Source: an uncultured cyanobacterium (GTDB lineage Bacteria; Cyanobacteriota; Cyanobacteriia; Leptolyngbyales; Leptolyngbyaceae). Taken from it: a stretch of DNA of 64,000 bases. The notes beneath the pieces were generated by a model that was given only the letters and a program-made list of their open reading frames with translations, did no database searches and had not been told where the DNA came from. The stretch spans positions 1-64,000 of the forward strand of contig CAVYAN010000012.1 in assembly GCA_963766075.1 (NCBI GenBank). The letters run 5' to 3'. The position numbers and the translations under genes are program-made. This document shows, piece after piece, positions 43,329 to 54,510 of the stretch (position 1 is the stretch's first letter; each line of letters starts with the position of its first letter).

Positions 43329-44393
43329 ATGTTTACACTCCGTCGCTGGTGGGATCGACACCGATTGCAAGTCGCGCTCCTGGGTGCCGCCCTAGGTGCC
43401 GCTGCTTTGGTGCGGCAAACGGGGGCTGGATTTGTGTTTGAGACATATCAGTTACTCACACGCCCGTTCCATCCTAACGAGATGCAGGAGCGCGTTCTGG
43501 ACAATGCGCAGTTTCAAGAACTGCAACAGCGGTTGACAGAACTGGAAAGCCAAAACCAAAAGCTGCAAGAGCTTTTGGGGTATATGAAACAGCAGCGTCA
43601 GGTCGGGATTCCGGCTCCGGTGGTGGGACGCAGTGCTGATCACTGGTGGCAGCAGTTGGTCCTGGGCCGTGGCAGTAACGATGGCATTAAGGTCGGCGAT
43701 GTGGTGATGGCTCCGGGCGGGGTAATTGGCCGGATCACTAACGTGACGCCCAATACCAGCCGCGTGTTGCTGCTCAGTGATCCATCGAGCCGGACAGGGG
43801 TGGCCATTAGCCGTAGCCGCTCTATGGGCTACATGCGTGGGCAATCGGGGAATCGGGCCATTATGGAGTTTTTTGACAAAGTGCCGGATGTGCGGCGGGG
43901 GGATGTGGTTTCGACCTCGGCGTTTAGTCAATTGTTTCCTGCCAGTTTGCCCGTGGGGCGGGTAGAGTCCGTCAATCTGAGCAAGAGTCCTGCGCCGGAA
44001 GCCGTAATTGAGCTGTCTTCTCCCGTGAGTTATCTAGAGTGGGCGGTCATTTACCCCCATACCAATGGGGTTCAGCTCGGTGCCCCCACCAAGTCCGGTA
44101 ATGTTAATCCACCGATTTCCGGAGGCTCGTCCGATGCCGATGCCCCGAAGGCTGGCGGCAGTTCCGGAGGTGCATGGTCTCAGCCTGTGAATTCCCAACC
44201 GTTTAATGCTGAGGCCCCGGCGCGATCGCCTGCGCCCGCGCCATCGGTTGCCCCCCCGGTCAATGCGCCTTCCCCGGAAGTTGCTGCCCCAGCACAGTCC
44301 CCAGCCGACCCTGCAGCATCTTCTCCCCCTTCAGCCCCTGAGCCTGTTTCTCCGTCCTTGGATGTGGATCCTGTTCCCAGTCCTAGCCCATGA
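43329..44393 (+). CDS. mreC: MreC with Pro/Ala/Ser-rich C-terminal tail
   Basis: Coiled coil ELESQNQKLQELL, beta domain, operon order. Confidence 0.93.
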   Translation: MFTLRRWWDRHRLQVALLGAALGAAALVRQTGAGFVFETYQLLTRPFHPNEMQERVLDNAQFQELQQRLTELESQNQKLQELLGYMKQQRQVGIPAPVVGRSADHWWQQLVLGRGSNDGIKVGDVVMAPGGVIGRITNVTPNTSRVLLLSDPSSRTGVAISRSRSMGYMRGQSGNRAIMEFFDKVPDVRRGDVVSTSAFSQLFPASLPVGRVESVNLSKSPAPEAVIELSSPVSYLEWAVIYPHTNGVQLGAPTKSGNVNPPISGGSSDADAPKAGGSSGGAWSQPVNSQPFNAEAPARSPAPAPSVAPPVNAPSPEVAAPAQSPADPAASSPPSAPEPVSPSLDVDPVPSPSP

Positions 44394-44950
44394 AAAGCGC
44401 ACCGTTAGATAACCTCCGGGAGAATCCGGTTCAGCGCTTGCTGCTGAATTGTGCCGTGACGGCGGGGTCGGTGATGCTGTGCCTGTTGATTATGCCGACG
44501 CGCTTGCCGGGGATGGAATTGGCTGGGATTGGCCCCAATTGGCTCCTGATCTGGGTGGTGGCCTGGAGCGTGAAGCGTTCCATGTTCCAGGGGGCCTTGG
44601 CAGGGTTAGTTCTGGGGCTCCTGCAAGATGGAATGACGGCCCCGGACCCGACCCATGTGCTGAGCCTAATCGTGGTGGGTGTGCTGACGGCCCGCATTCG
44701 TAAAGAGCGCTACATTCAGGAAGACTTTATCTCCATTGCCCTGATTGCCTTTGCCATGGCGGTGGTATCGGAGACGGTGATGGCGATTCAGTACAGCATT
44801 GCTGGGGAGCGATCGCTGATCGAAATCTGGCAATACCACCAACTGATTGCCCTCAGTTCTGCGATTTTGAGCAGTCTCTGGGCGCCTGCGATTTACTTCC
44901 CGCTGAATCTTTGGTGGCAGCGGATGAGCGCCATAGAACAAGCGCCATAG
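44390..44950 (+). CDS. mreD: MreD
   Basis: PNWLLIWVVAWS, GLLQD; ATGA overlap with mreC. Confidence 0.93.
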   Translation: MKSAPLDNLRENPVQRLLLNCAVTAGSVMLCLLIMPTRLPGMELAGIGPNWLLIWVVAWSVKRSMFQGALAGLVLGLLQDGMTAPDPTHVLSLIVVGVLTARIRKERYIQEDFISIALIAFAMAVVSETVMAIQYSIAGERSLIEIWQYHQLIALSSAILSSLWAPAIYFPLNLWWQRMSAIEQAP

Positions 44951-45058
44951 AACGCGCCATAGAACAGAACACCCGTAGGCATTACAGGGCGCTCCTCCGA
45001 TCTGTCGGAAAATTTAGTCAGTCGGAGCGAGCAGTCGGGAAATTAGTCAGTCGGGAAA

Positions 45059-45604
45059 TTAGTTAGTCAGACCTGTGGCCAGGATGGCCTGCCGGATGGC
45101 CTGTTTCTGGGCCTCATCATAGTCCCAGCGAGTTAAGAAGGCTTGGTACTCGCCTGCGCCCGTATCAATGCTGGTGATGAGCTGGTGGGCCTGGGTTTGC
45201 AGGTGAGGACGGGGGAGAGACTGGATCAACCGCAGGGTCCGCGATCGCACCCGATCCGATCCCTGGGCTGAGGCTTCATCGTCGTGGCGGCGGTGGGTGA
45301 GAGCCATGGCCGTGGACATGGCCAAATTCTTCATCAGTAAGGGACTCACCGTTGTGGGTGATGCTGCCAGGGCCGTAGCCACCGACGGAAGCAGAGGCTC
45401 CATTGCGGGGCGATCATCACTCAAATACACGACAAAAAAGCCCCGTGCACCATTTTCGGTGCGAACCAGGGCCGCGATTGCGGCTGGCCAATCCACTAGA
45501 GCCGGAGTCTCCGCTACGGCTTGCTCTAATACCTCTTGGCTTAAGGTCATCGCCTGCTCAAAGCTTGGAGCTTCTGGCACGATAAATCTTGAGTCAACTG
45601 TCAT
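45059..45604 (-). CDS. Hypothetical protein
   Basis: 3' half of the 356-aa ORF (MTVDSRF...NGARGFFVVYL...KNLAMSTAM...FLTRWDYD); the 5' half is antisense to ruvB. Confidence 0.7.
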   Translation of the reverse strand: MTVDSRFIVPEAPSFEQAMTLSQEVLEQAVAETPALVDWPAAIAALVRTENGARGFFVVYLSDDRPAMEPLLPSVATALAASPTTVSPLLMKNLAMSTAMALTHRRHDDEASAQGSDRVRSRTLRLIQSLPRPHLQTQAHQLITSIDTGAGEYQAFLTRWDYDEAQKQAIRQAILATGLTN

Positions 45605-45689
45605 CGTTAGGGATTCTCCCGGTATGATTGATGAGTATATTTGATTTAGATTCTTGATCTCAAGCGTTTGAATACCTTGCTCTCGCGCT

Positions 45690-46984
45690 ATGGCCATTAT
45701 CTCGTCTCGCAAAGCCATCGCCAATGCCGATGCATCGGATCCCCAGGACAAATCCGCCGCCGCCGAGGCCCCACTGGAAGCGTTGATCGCAGCGATCGCC
45801 CTCCCCCCAGCGGATTTGCCGCCTGAGAATCGGCTGCCGGGGATCCGCTGCCAGGGGATCCGCCTGTGTTGCCCGAAGATACTCCGCATGTGGCGAGTCC
45901 CGGCAATTCTGCCCCGACCAAGGCCCCGACTCCGGCCAAGGCCCCTGCGGCTCTGCCCAAAACCCCAACCGACCTGCTGAAGCCCCAGGCCGAACCCGAA
46001 GAACGTAGCAAGCAAGAAGAGCGCCTTCGTCCACAAATTATTTCCGACTATATTGGGCAAAAGGCACTGAAGGAAGTCCTGGACATCGCCATCAAAGCTG
46101 CGAAGGTCCGTCAAGAGTCCCTGGACCATCTGTTGCTCTATGGGCCACCGGGACTGGGCAAAACTACAATGTCTTTAATTTTAGCCGCAGAAATGGGCGT
46201 GAACTGTAAGATTACCAGCGCGCCAGCCTTGGAGCGGCCCCGAGATATTGTCGGCCTCTTGGTCAATCTGGAGGCGGGGGACATTTTATTCATCGATGAA
46301 ATTCATCGCCTGTCGCGGGTGACGGAGGAAATTCTCTATCCTGCTATGGAAGATTATCGTCTGGACATCACCATTGGCAAAGGGTCGAGTGCTCGCACGC
46401 GATCGCTCCCCTTACCCCGATTTACCCTGGTGGGCGCAACGACCCGTGTGGGGGCGTTGACCTCTCCCCTGCGCGATCGCTTTGGCCTGATCCAGCGCCT
46501 CCGCTTCTACGAACTGGATGAACTGACCCAAATCATTCTCCGCACGGCTAGGCTTCTGAATACGCCGATTACTTCCACAGGCGCAGAAGAAATTGCACGG
46601 CGATCGCGGGGCACCCCTCGGATTGCCAATCGCCTGCTGAAGCGGGTGCGGGACTATATGCAAGTCAAGGAAACGGGGGAAATCAGTCAGGCGATCGCAG
46701 CGGAAGCCCTAGAACTGTTCAACGTCGATCCCTGTGGACTGGACTGGACCGATCGCCGTCTGCTCACCTTTATGATTGAGCATTTCAACGGCGGACCAGT
46801 GGGCCTAGAAACCATGGCCGCCTCTACCGGTGAAGATGCCCAAACCATTGAGGAAGTCTACGAGCCGTACCTGCTGCAAATTGGCTATCTGAACCGCACC
46901 CCGCGCGGTCGCATTGCTACCCCAGCCGCCTGGAAACACCTGGGGTTCAAGCCTCCCGATAGTCAGCTTTCCCTGCTGACTTGA
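45690..46984 (+). CDS. ruvB: Holliday junction helicase RuvB, -1 frameshift at about 45840
   Basis: LRP...[28 protein letters not shown]. The MAIISS start at 45690 is in a different frame; adding one G gives [16 protein letters not shown]. Confidence 0.95.
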
Positions 46985-47007
46985 TCGATCCCCATGACGG
47001 CATGGCC

Positions 47008-47949
47008 TTATTCTCTGGCCGATATCCAGAAATAATCGGCACTATTGGGGGGCGGTTCTGCGGTCAGCGCGGCCTCTGGATTGAGCAAAATCCTGGCCTG
47101 TTGTAGATGTGGCAGACGGCGCAGCACCCGATCAGGGATGCCCTCACCATATAGGATGTGTCCCTGCCCTACCAAGACAATGATGAGCGCGTCGGGATAA
47201 CGCTTCGACGTATCGGCAATCCGTTCCGCCATGGTTTCATCCCAGAGCACTTGGGCTTGGAAGAAGCGATCGAAGTTTTGGCTATTGGTTTTGCCTGAAT
47301 GAAAGGATTCATAGATCGTGAGTAAGCGTTGGCGATAGGTCGGCGGGCCCAGGGCGATCGCCCCCAGAGGCGGGATAAAGCGGCGTTCTATCCAAGTCAG
47401 ACTTTCCAACCCTTGGCGGGCCACTTTGCGGGTGACTTCACTGGGCGTATTCAAGGCAATCACGGGCAGGCGATTGGCCTGGGCAAAGCGCAGGATCGGC
47501 GCATAGAATTCCCAGGGAAATCCCCACCGCTTTTGATAATCGCTGCGGGTTTTGAGCTGCGTTTCAGTGATTTTCTCGGCTAGGTAGGCATTCAGCAGGG
47601 GCTGGGCAGGCCGCTGAAACATTTCCATGGCAATGATCAGCCGGGGACGGTGCGTATGCAGCGCTTCAATGATGGCCCGTTGCGCGGCATGATCGGCGGG
47701 GCGATCGTGGGTTTCCCCCAGATACACAACATCGACAGTGGCCAGATGGGCGATCGCCTGGGGCGGCGATTCGGTCGTTTTCTGGGCGACATTCTGCACC
47801 GTTACGCCATCCCAGGGGACGGTCACTTCCTGCTCCGTAGGCGCTGCGATGGCAAGCGGCAGGTTCAGAAACAGGGATGCCCCAACCGGCATCCAGAGCA
47901 GGAATCCCACCAGACCAACCCGAATCAGCAAAACCTTGATGTGAGGCAT
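47008..47949 (-). CDS. ChaN-family (haem-binding uptake) protein
   Basis: VVYLGETHD...H..Q, AMEMF, WDETMA, LVGQGH..YG.GIP; own signal peptide from ATG 47949. Confidence 0.85.
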   Translation of the reverse strand: MPHIKVLLIRVGLVGFLLWMPVGASLFLNLPLAIAAPTEQEVTVPWDGVTVQNVAQKTTESPPQAIAHLATVDVVYLGETHDRPADHAAQRAIIEALHTHRPRLIIAMEMFQRPAQPLLNAYLAEKITETQLKTRSDYQKRWGFPWEFYAPILRFAQANRLPVIALNTPSEVTRKVARQGLESLTWIERRFIPPLGAIALGPPTYRQRLLTIYESFHSGKTNSQNFDRFFQAQVLWDETMAERIADTSKRYPDALIIVLVGQGHILYGEGIPDRVLRRLPHLQQARILLNPEAALTAEPPPNSADYFWISARE

Positions 47950-48236
47950 GGGCCAGGATTGGGTGGATCTCAATACGTCATATTCCAACGCATCCAGGCT
48001 ACACGAATTTTGCGGGTGCTGCCCAGCACAATTGCTCCGCTCCAAAGAGCCGCCCCAAAGAGCCGCCCCAAAGAGAAACGTTCCATTGGGACACCTGTGC
48101 AATGCCAATGGAACGCCTGAGAGATGCTCATCCTGTTCATTAGAGTAGAAGAACGCTGGCGGGCTGTCAGCGCTGATTCGTGAAACCAATTTTCCAAATT
48201 TGGAAACCCCTTGACCAAATTTGGAAGATTGAACGC

Positions 48237-49611
48237 CTAGACTACTCGGTTTTGCCGAATACACTCGGCGTACCAGTGAAAGCTGGCCTTGGGAATGCGC
48301 TGCTGGGTGGCATAGTCCACATAGGTGATGCCAAAGCGGCGAATCGTAGCCCCAGGCCCATTCAAAATTGTCTAGTAGGCTCCACAGGAAGTAGCCCTGA
48401 ATCGGGTAGCCTTCGGCCACACCCCGGTGGACGGATTTCAAATATTGACGCAGGTAAAGGATGCGATCGCAGTCTAGCACTTCGCCCTGCGGCGTCACTT
48501 CATCGTCAGCGGCACAGCCATTTTCGGTAATTACCAGGGGCAAGTCGGGGCGGCCTAGGCGATCGCTGACATGCCGTGCCGCCCAATACAACGCCTCCGG
48601 CACCAACCACAGCCACGGCATATGCAGCCGCGGATAGCCCTGGGGATAGTTGAGAAATTCAAACCCTTGGGCATTGTCGGCGGCCCGCACATAGGTACCG
48701 GTGTAGATATTCAGTCCTAAGGCATCGAGGGGCTGATGGATGATCTCTAAATCTCCGGCTTGGATATTGGGGGCATCTGCGCCCAAATGCTCCAATAATT
48801 CGACACTGTAAGCACCGGTAAGGGCGGGGAAAATAATGCCCCCATTGGTACCGCAAAGAGGCAAAGATCGCCAAGCTGCCGCAATATTTTCCGGGGATTC
48901 GCTCAGCGGCACGGGCACGGCGGGATTGTCTACGAGGGTGATTTTACAGGGCTGGGGCGTCGTGGCCCGAATCGCCTGACAGGCTAGGCCATGGGCTAGG
49001 AGGGCGTGGTGGGAGGTTTGCCAGGTGGCCTTGACGGTTTTGACACGGGTGCCGGGGGCGTGGGGCGGATCGTGGTTAACGGCGTAGCCCATGTGGGTAA
49101 AGCAGACAATCTCATTGAGGGTCATCCAGTTGGAGATGCGATCGCCCAAATTTTGCACCACCACGGTCACATAATCGGCAAAGTCTTGGGCCATCTCGCG
49201 ACTTTGCCAAGACCCATAGCGATCTTCCAAAGCTTGGGGACTGTCCCAATGAAATAGAGTGGCATGGGGTGTAATCCCAGCAGCCAGTAAGCCATCGACT
49301 AAGCGCTGATAAAAATCAATGCCTGCCTGATTAACCGCCCCGCGCCCGTCGGGAATAATTCGCGGCCAAGCAATGCTAAAGCGATAGTCGCGAATCCCCA
49401 GATCCACCATTAATTGAATGTCATCGTGAAAGCGATGGTAGTGATCACAGGCGATCGCCCCTGTATCGCCATTGAGGACCTTGCCCGGTGTGGCGCTAAA
49501 GATATCCCATACGCTGGGCTGGCGACCTGCGGTAGTGGTAGCGCCTTCGATTTGATAAGCGGCGGTGGCGGCACCCCAGCGGAAGTCTGGGGGGAATTGG
49601 TAGGTGGACAT
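48237..49611 (-). CDS. GH1 beta-glucosidase, +1 frameshift at about 48342
   Basis: ATAAYQIEG, TLNE, ITENG, WSLLDNFEW; the corrected end [27 protein letters not shown]...VV* stops at 48237. Confidence 0.92.
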
Positions 49612-49861
49612 GAGGGCAGGCAGAATCAGGAGTAGAGGGTTGAGATAGACGGGGCCATTACGGGGCGAGAAGAGACAAAATGGGAGGTCCGTTAAAATCG
49701 GAGGTCGGTTCAGCGGATTTGTCTTAAGCGGATTTGTGTATACGGTAGGGCTTTATGGGGCGGGGGGCTTGGGAGCAGACGGATTGATCCGGCGTTTGTA
49801 TTAAAACTTCACGAGAACGTTAACTATTGCTGCGAACGGGTCCGCTGCGGGGGAGTTTTTT

Positions 49862-49879
49862 GGTAAATATTCTTACAAA
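49862..49879 (+). promoter_or_regulatory. Possible HLR1 (RpaB) direct repeat upstream of psaK
   Basis: GGTAAATA-TT-CTTACAAA, two imperfect octamers with a 2-nt spacer upstream of a PSI gene; first half-site is degenerate. Confidence 0.35.
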
Positions 49880-49931
49880 CTTACTCAGTTTGAACTCAGT
49901 TTGATTTAAGAACCAACGAAGGAGACGTCTC

Positions 49932-50195
49932 TTGCTAACCTCAACTGTTTTAGCTGCTGCCATGCCCCGTGGCACTGATTGGAATCTTAACGTCGCGATC
50001 ATCATGGTGCTGTGTAATATCGTGGCGATCGCCTTGGCAAAATACACCGTTAACCCCAAAAACACGGGTGCAGAGTTGCCCTCCAGTAATCTGTTTGGTG
50101 GCTTTGGTTTAGGGGGAGTGCTGGGCATTACCTCCTTTGGCCACATTCTTGGGGCCGGCGTGATTTTGGGTCTGTCGAACATGGGTGTGATTTAA
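49932..50195 (+). CDS. psaK: Photosystem I subunit PsaK
   Basis: Two TM helices, SFGHILGAGVILGL. Confidence 0.95.
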   Translation: MLTSTVLAAAMPRGTDWNLNVAIIMVLCNIVAIALAKYTVNPKNTGAELPSSNLFGGFGLGGVLGITSFGHILGAGVILGLSNMGVI

Positions 50196-50238
50196 TCACG
50201 CCTAGAAATCTGGCAGGGCTAACCCCCTGCTGTCTATC

Positions 50239-50265
50239 AAAGCCAGGGAATGACTCCCTGGCTTT
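50239..50265 (+). terminator. Intrinsic terminator after psaK
   Basis: AAAGCCAGGGA-ATGAC-TCCCTGGCTTT perfect 11-bp stem. Confidence 0.8.
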
Positions 50266-50289
50266 GTGCTGTCGTTGGAGGATCTGGGG

Positions 50290-51422
50290 TTGAGCGCAAG
50301 CCAAGTTTTAATTTTGGGCGGACAGGGGCGGATTGGCAGGCAGGTAGCGGCAGATATTGCTGCCCATACCCGCGCTGAAATTACTATTACGGGGCGTCAG
50401 CCCAGCGGAGTGCCGTTGCCGGAAAATCTGCGGTTCTTGGCGTTGGATTTGGCGGATCAAACAGCCCTGGAGCAGTGCATTCAGGCGATCGCCCCCTACG
50501 GCAGGGCGACTCCCCCCGCAATGTTGTAGTCCATTGTGCGGGACCCTTTCACTATCGGGACACGCGGGTTTTAGAAACGTGCATCGCGGCGGGCGTGAAT
50601 TATGTCGATGTTAGCGATCATCCCTCCTACACCCGCAAGGCCATGGCCTGGAACACAGCAGCACAACAGGCGGGCATAACGGCGATCGTGAATACGGGGA
50701 TATTTCCAGGAATTTCCAACAGCATGGTGCGGCAAACTGTGGAGCAACTGGATCAGGCCGAGCGGATTCACTTGAGCTATGTGGTGGGTGGGTCCGGTGG
50801 GGCAGGATTGACGGTGATGCGGACGACATTTTTGGGGTTACAGCGCCCGTTTCAGGCGTGGTTGCAGGGCGATTGGCAAACGGTGGCTCCCTACAGTCAA
50901 CGGGAAACCATTGAATTTCCTGAACCTTACGGACGGACGGGAGTGTATTGGTTTGATATGCCCGAAACGTTTACCTTAGCGAGGACGTTTCCGGTGACTA
51001 GTGTGGTGACAAAGTTTGGTACGGTGCCGGATTTCTACAATTATTTGACCTGGAGTGTGGCGCGGGGTTGGCACCCGTGGCTGCTGCGCCAGTCGGCAGT
51101 GATTGAGTTTTTGTCGCGGGTGAGTTATGGCATGACCCAGGTGACCGATCGCTTTAGTGGGATTGGGGTGGCGATTCGTTCAGAAGTGACGGGGCTGAAA
51201 GACGGTCAGCCGTGGCAGTCGATCGCCACTCTGGTGCATCCGAATACGGCGATCGCCGCAGGCTACGGCACAGGCAGTGTGGTGGAATTGCTGCTGGCCG
51301 GTCGGTTAGACCAGCCGGGGGTCTGGTGTGTGGAAGCGGCCTTGCCGACGGACCTGTTTACGGAGACACTGCAAGCGCGCGGGGTGACACTGCACCTTTC
51401 AGAGCGGGCCGTCCCGGAGTAA
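50290..51422 (+). CDS. Saccharopine-dehydrogenase-like NAD(P) oxidoreductase, -1 frameshift at about 50493
   Basis: VLILGGQGRIG in ORF 50266 continues into VVHCAGPF...YVDVSD...GIFPGISN in ORF 50475. Confidence 0.88.
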
Positions 51423-51565
51423 GACGCGGGCCGTCCCGGAGTAAGACAACATGCGAACCAGGGCAGAGCGGGCCGGATAGGCAATGATCCGTCTCCATAG
51501 AAATTACCCCCACGTCTATCCACAACTTACAATAGGGTTAACCCGGTGCAGGAGACGTGTACCCC

Positions 51566-52153
51566 ATGACGATCGCCACCCAAAAACAATTGACGCTTGC
51601 GGAGTATCTCGGCTATGACGATGGAACTGATGCCCGCTATGAACTGGTGGATGGGGTATTAGTCGAGATGGGTGCGGAATATCCGATTAACAGTACGATC
51701 ATCAGCTTTCTATTTGCAGTGTTTCTCGGCATGGGGGTGCCTCATTATCGGTTAGCGATCGGGCATCAAATTGCAGTCAGTTCGACGAAGGCCACGGCTC
51801 GGCAACCTGATTTGGTCGTGCATAGCGAGGCATCCGCCACGGCGATTCTCTCGGGGAGCCGCTTGCTGATGCCGGAGATGCCGGTACCGATGTTGGTGGT
51901 TGAAGTGGTTTCGAGTAGTGATACTGACCTCAAATCGAGAGACCGCGACTACACAGAAAAGCGGGTGGAATATGCGGCTCGGCAAATTCCAGAATATTGG
52001 ATTGTTGATCCGATCGCGGCGATGGTATGGGTGTTAACGCTAGCCGGTGACGAATATGGCGAATCGGGTTTTACCGGAACGCAGAGGATTGTTTCACCAG
52101 GTTTTCCTAGCCTTAATCTGATGGCAGAACAGGTGCTGAAAGCGGGACGCTAG
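51566..52153 (+). CDS. Uma2-family (DUF820) endonuclease
   Basis: RYELVDG, PD, LVVEVVS, DY.EK..EYA...IPEYWIVDP. Confidence 0.92.
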   Translation: MTIATQKQLTLAEYLGYDDGTDARYELVDGVLVEMGAEYPINSTIISFLFAVFLGMGVPHYRLAIGHQIAVSSTKATARQPDLVVHSEASATAILSGSRLLMPEMPVPMLVVEVVSSSDTDLKSRDRDYTEKRVEYAARQIPEYWIVDPIAAMVWVLTLAGDEYGESGFTGTQRIVSPGFPSLNLMAEQVLKAGR

Positions 52154-52234
52154 AGAAGCTTCTGGACGTCGCACTATTGGAGATCGATTGAAGATCGATG
52201 TAGGATTTGCGTTCTACTGAAGCGTGGAGCGGCT

Positions 52235-52927
52235 TTATTCAGGCAGCGTGGCTTGCGTTTGGCTATGAATCACACTACTCCAGTCGTCGCTATGGGCAGC
52301 GGCCAAATTTTGGCGTTGTTCTGCGTCTGACAGAGCCGCAGGGGCTGAAATAGCGGCAGGCTGGCTCAGGGTGTTATCCGCCATGGCTTTGCGGAGTTTC
52401 AGCTTTTTCTCTTCGTAGGCGGTGCGCTCGGCAGGGGACATGGCGGCTAAGGGGGTTTCGGTCCAAAGGTCGGCGCGATCGCCATTGCCCGGTGGTACCG
52501 CACCATTTTCGGCAATCCACGCGGCTTGCAGATCGGCCATCACCTGACGCTGGGGAAATTTGAAGGGCTGGACGCGAACAAAGGCGCAAATGTCCGCTCC
52601 GAGCTGATTCAGATGCCCTTTTACGGATAGGGCGACGTTGCGGGAAATATTGACGTAGTGGAGTTGGCGATCGTGATCCCATACGGCATAGACTCCGGCA
52701 ATTTTGGCGGTGCCGACAATTTCGCACCACGTGGCGAGGGGCACGATGCGATCGGCCATGCTGTCTACGGTCAGCGTGGCGCTGTCTGAAACGGTGTGAT
52801 CATCCCCGTTGCCATAGAGAAAATCATGTAACCCTCGATGTTCAACGGGGACGTTTTGATGCTCAAGTTTCAGGTCTGGGGCGGTTTCTGGCGCAGCTTT
52901 AGCCGTCTGTGGGGTGGATTCGAGCAT
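52235..52927 (-). CDS. GIY-YIG-like domain protein
   Basis: AGVYAVWD...LHYVNISRN...HL and 'WIAENG..PPGN'. Confidence 0.65.
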   Translation of the reverse strand: MLESTPQTAKAAPETAPDLKLEHQNVPVEHRGLHDFLYGNGDDHTVSDSATLTVDSMADRIVPLATWCEIVGTAKIAGVYAVWDHDRQLHYVNISRNVALSVKGHLNQLGADICAFVRVQPFKFPQRQVMADLQAAWIAENGAVPPGNGDRADLWTETPLAAMSPAERTAYEEKKLKLRKAMADNTLSQPAAISAPAALSDAEQRQNLAAAHSDDWSSVIHSQTQATLPE

Positions 52928-53091
52928 GCGTACTCCTAGGGCAATAGCCAATAAACTCAGAACAATCGGCAAAGGGCGCGATCGCCACGCCCCTTACTGT
53001 ACTGCAAATCGGTTGGCAGGGCGGTGGCACACCAACCGGGCGTGGAGCCACGCAGAAGCCCACGCTGAGTGCCACACCCGTTGGCGGTGAT

Positions 53092-53619
53092 TTAGCGATT
53101 GCTGAGGAATTTGCTCGCCATGCCAAGGGCATCGCCGAGGTCAACATCCCCGTCGTGATCGCCGTCTAAAAAGGCATTCAGGACAGGGTTACCGACTGGA
53201 GCATTGCCTACAGCGGCGCTGTCTGTGGGCGCACCCGTTTGCAAAAATTGCAGGGCGAGGGGAATCAGGGTCGGCAGTAGTCCTTCAATAGTCTGTGGAT
53301 CCAGCCCGGTGCGCCCGATGAGTTCCTGGACGACTTGCTGCTGCATGACGGGTGTTAACAGGGCTTGGACCGCCTGGGGATTGGCCGCCGCACCGCCGAA
53401 TTGATTGACGAGGGTTTGGGCATGGTCTGGGCCTGCTTCCCGTAGGGACGATTGCAGGTAGCCCCCCACCACAGAGAGCATGGCTTGGGTCGCATCGGAC
53501 CCGCCACCATGGCTGCCACTCATGGCTTGGACGGCATTAAAAATTGTGCCCAGTTGTTCCATGCTGCCTTGTTGGGCGGGATTGGCCACCGCACCCAAAA
53601 CTTGATCCAGTAATCCCAT
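53092..53619 (-). CDS. DUF937-like protein
   Basis: MGLLDQVLGA start; FLDGDHDGDVDLGD acidic (EF-hand-like) end. Confidence 0.75.
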   Translation of the reverse strand: MGLLDQVLGAVANPAQQGSMEQLGTIFNAVQAMSGSHGGGSDATQAMLSVVGGYLQSSLREAGPDHAQTLVNQFGGAAANPQAVQALLTPVMQQQVVQELIGRTGLDPQTIEGLLPTLIPLALQFLQTGAPTDSAAVGNAPVGNPVLNAFLDGDHDGDVDLGDALGMASKFLSNR

Positions 53620-53846
53620 ATGTTTGCGTTCCCTAGATTTCTAAGTGGATGTGGTTGCTCAGAGATGGTTGCTCAGAGATGATTGCTCAGTGGACATAAT
53701 TCTTGGCTGGACGCAAGAAATAATCCCACGGAAAGCGGCGATTAGACAATGGGAAGCGGGGGGGAGAGGTGGGGAAGGGAGTGGGGTATGCGGGCGCGCC
53801 TACCATCCTGGGGCAGTGGAACTGTGTGACGGCCTCAAAGACGGCC

Positions 53847-54386
53847 TCAAATTTTTTCCCTGGCACCCGTGGGAATCAGGTAAATGGCACCGGAAACCCA
53901 GGTCAAGAGGACGGCAATCCAAAAAATGATTTGAGTGGTTAAATGCCAATTGGGACTGAGGGGGGCAATTAAGAGCGCGATCGCCGCGATCTGAACCACG
54001 GTTTTGATTTTGCCCCAGAGGTTGGCCCCAGAAATGCTGGCGGTGCCTTGTAGGGCGGGGTTGACGCGCCAGCCTGCGATGGTTAACTCCCGCGCCAGGA
54101 TGAGAAATACGCCCCAAGCGGGAACTTGGCCCAGTTCGACCAGGGCCATCAGGGGAGCCATGACCAGCAGCTTATCGACCAGGGGATCGAGAAATTTGCC
54201 CAGGTCCGTGACTTGATTCAATTTACGAGCGAGATAGCCGTCTAGCCAGTCGGTGCCTGCGGCCAGAAGAAATACCCCCAGGGCAAACCCGCGATCGCCG
54301 TCGGTAGGGGGATGACCGCGCAGTCCGTACAGAGTTAAGGGCACGGCGAGCAGGCGGGAGAGGGTGATCCAAGTGGGCAAATTCAT
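53847..54386 (-). CDS. pgsA: CDP-diacylglycerol--glycerol-3-phosphate 3-phosphatidyltransferase
   Basis: TDWLDGYLAR...GKFLDPLVDK. Confidence 0.95.
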   Translation of the reverse strand: MNLPTWITLSRLLAVPLTLYGLRGHPPTDGDRGFALGVFLLAAGTDWLDGYLARKLNQVTDLGKFLDPLVDKLLVMAPLMALVELGQVPAWGVFLILARELTIAGWRVNPALQGTASISGANLWGKIKTVVQIAAIALLIAPLSPNWHLTTQIIFWIAVLLTWVSGAIYLIPTGAREKI

Positions 54387-54510
54387 GGGCAGTTTTGAGA
54401 TGAAGGCAAAGAATGGCAGCGGGCGAATCAGCCAGCGGGGAGCGAATCAGGTACATTAAAATAGCGGGTACTGAAAAATCGTTGCTAGAGTCGTTCGCTG
54501 GGGGCAAGGC

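Noticed and set aside
45605..46129. N-terminal half of the 356-aa minus-strand ORF
   Set aside because: Antisense shadow of ruvB; the plausible gene starts near 45604.
47008..49611. Apparent 867-aa GH1-ChaN fusion protein
   Set aside because: A +1 base at about 48342 shifts GH1 out of its conserved C-terminus and reads through the intergenic region; these are two separate genes.
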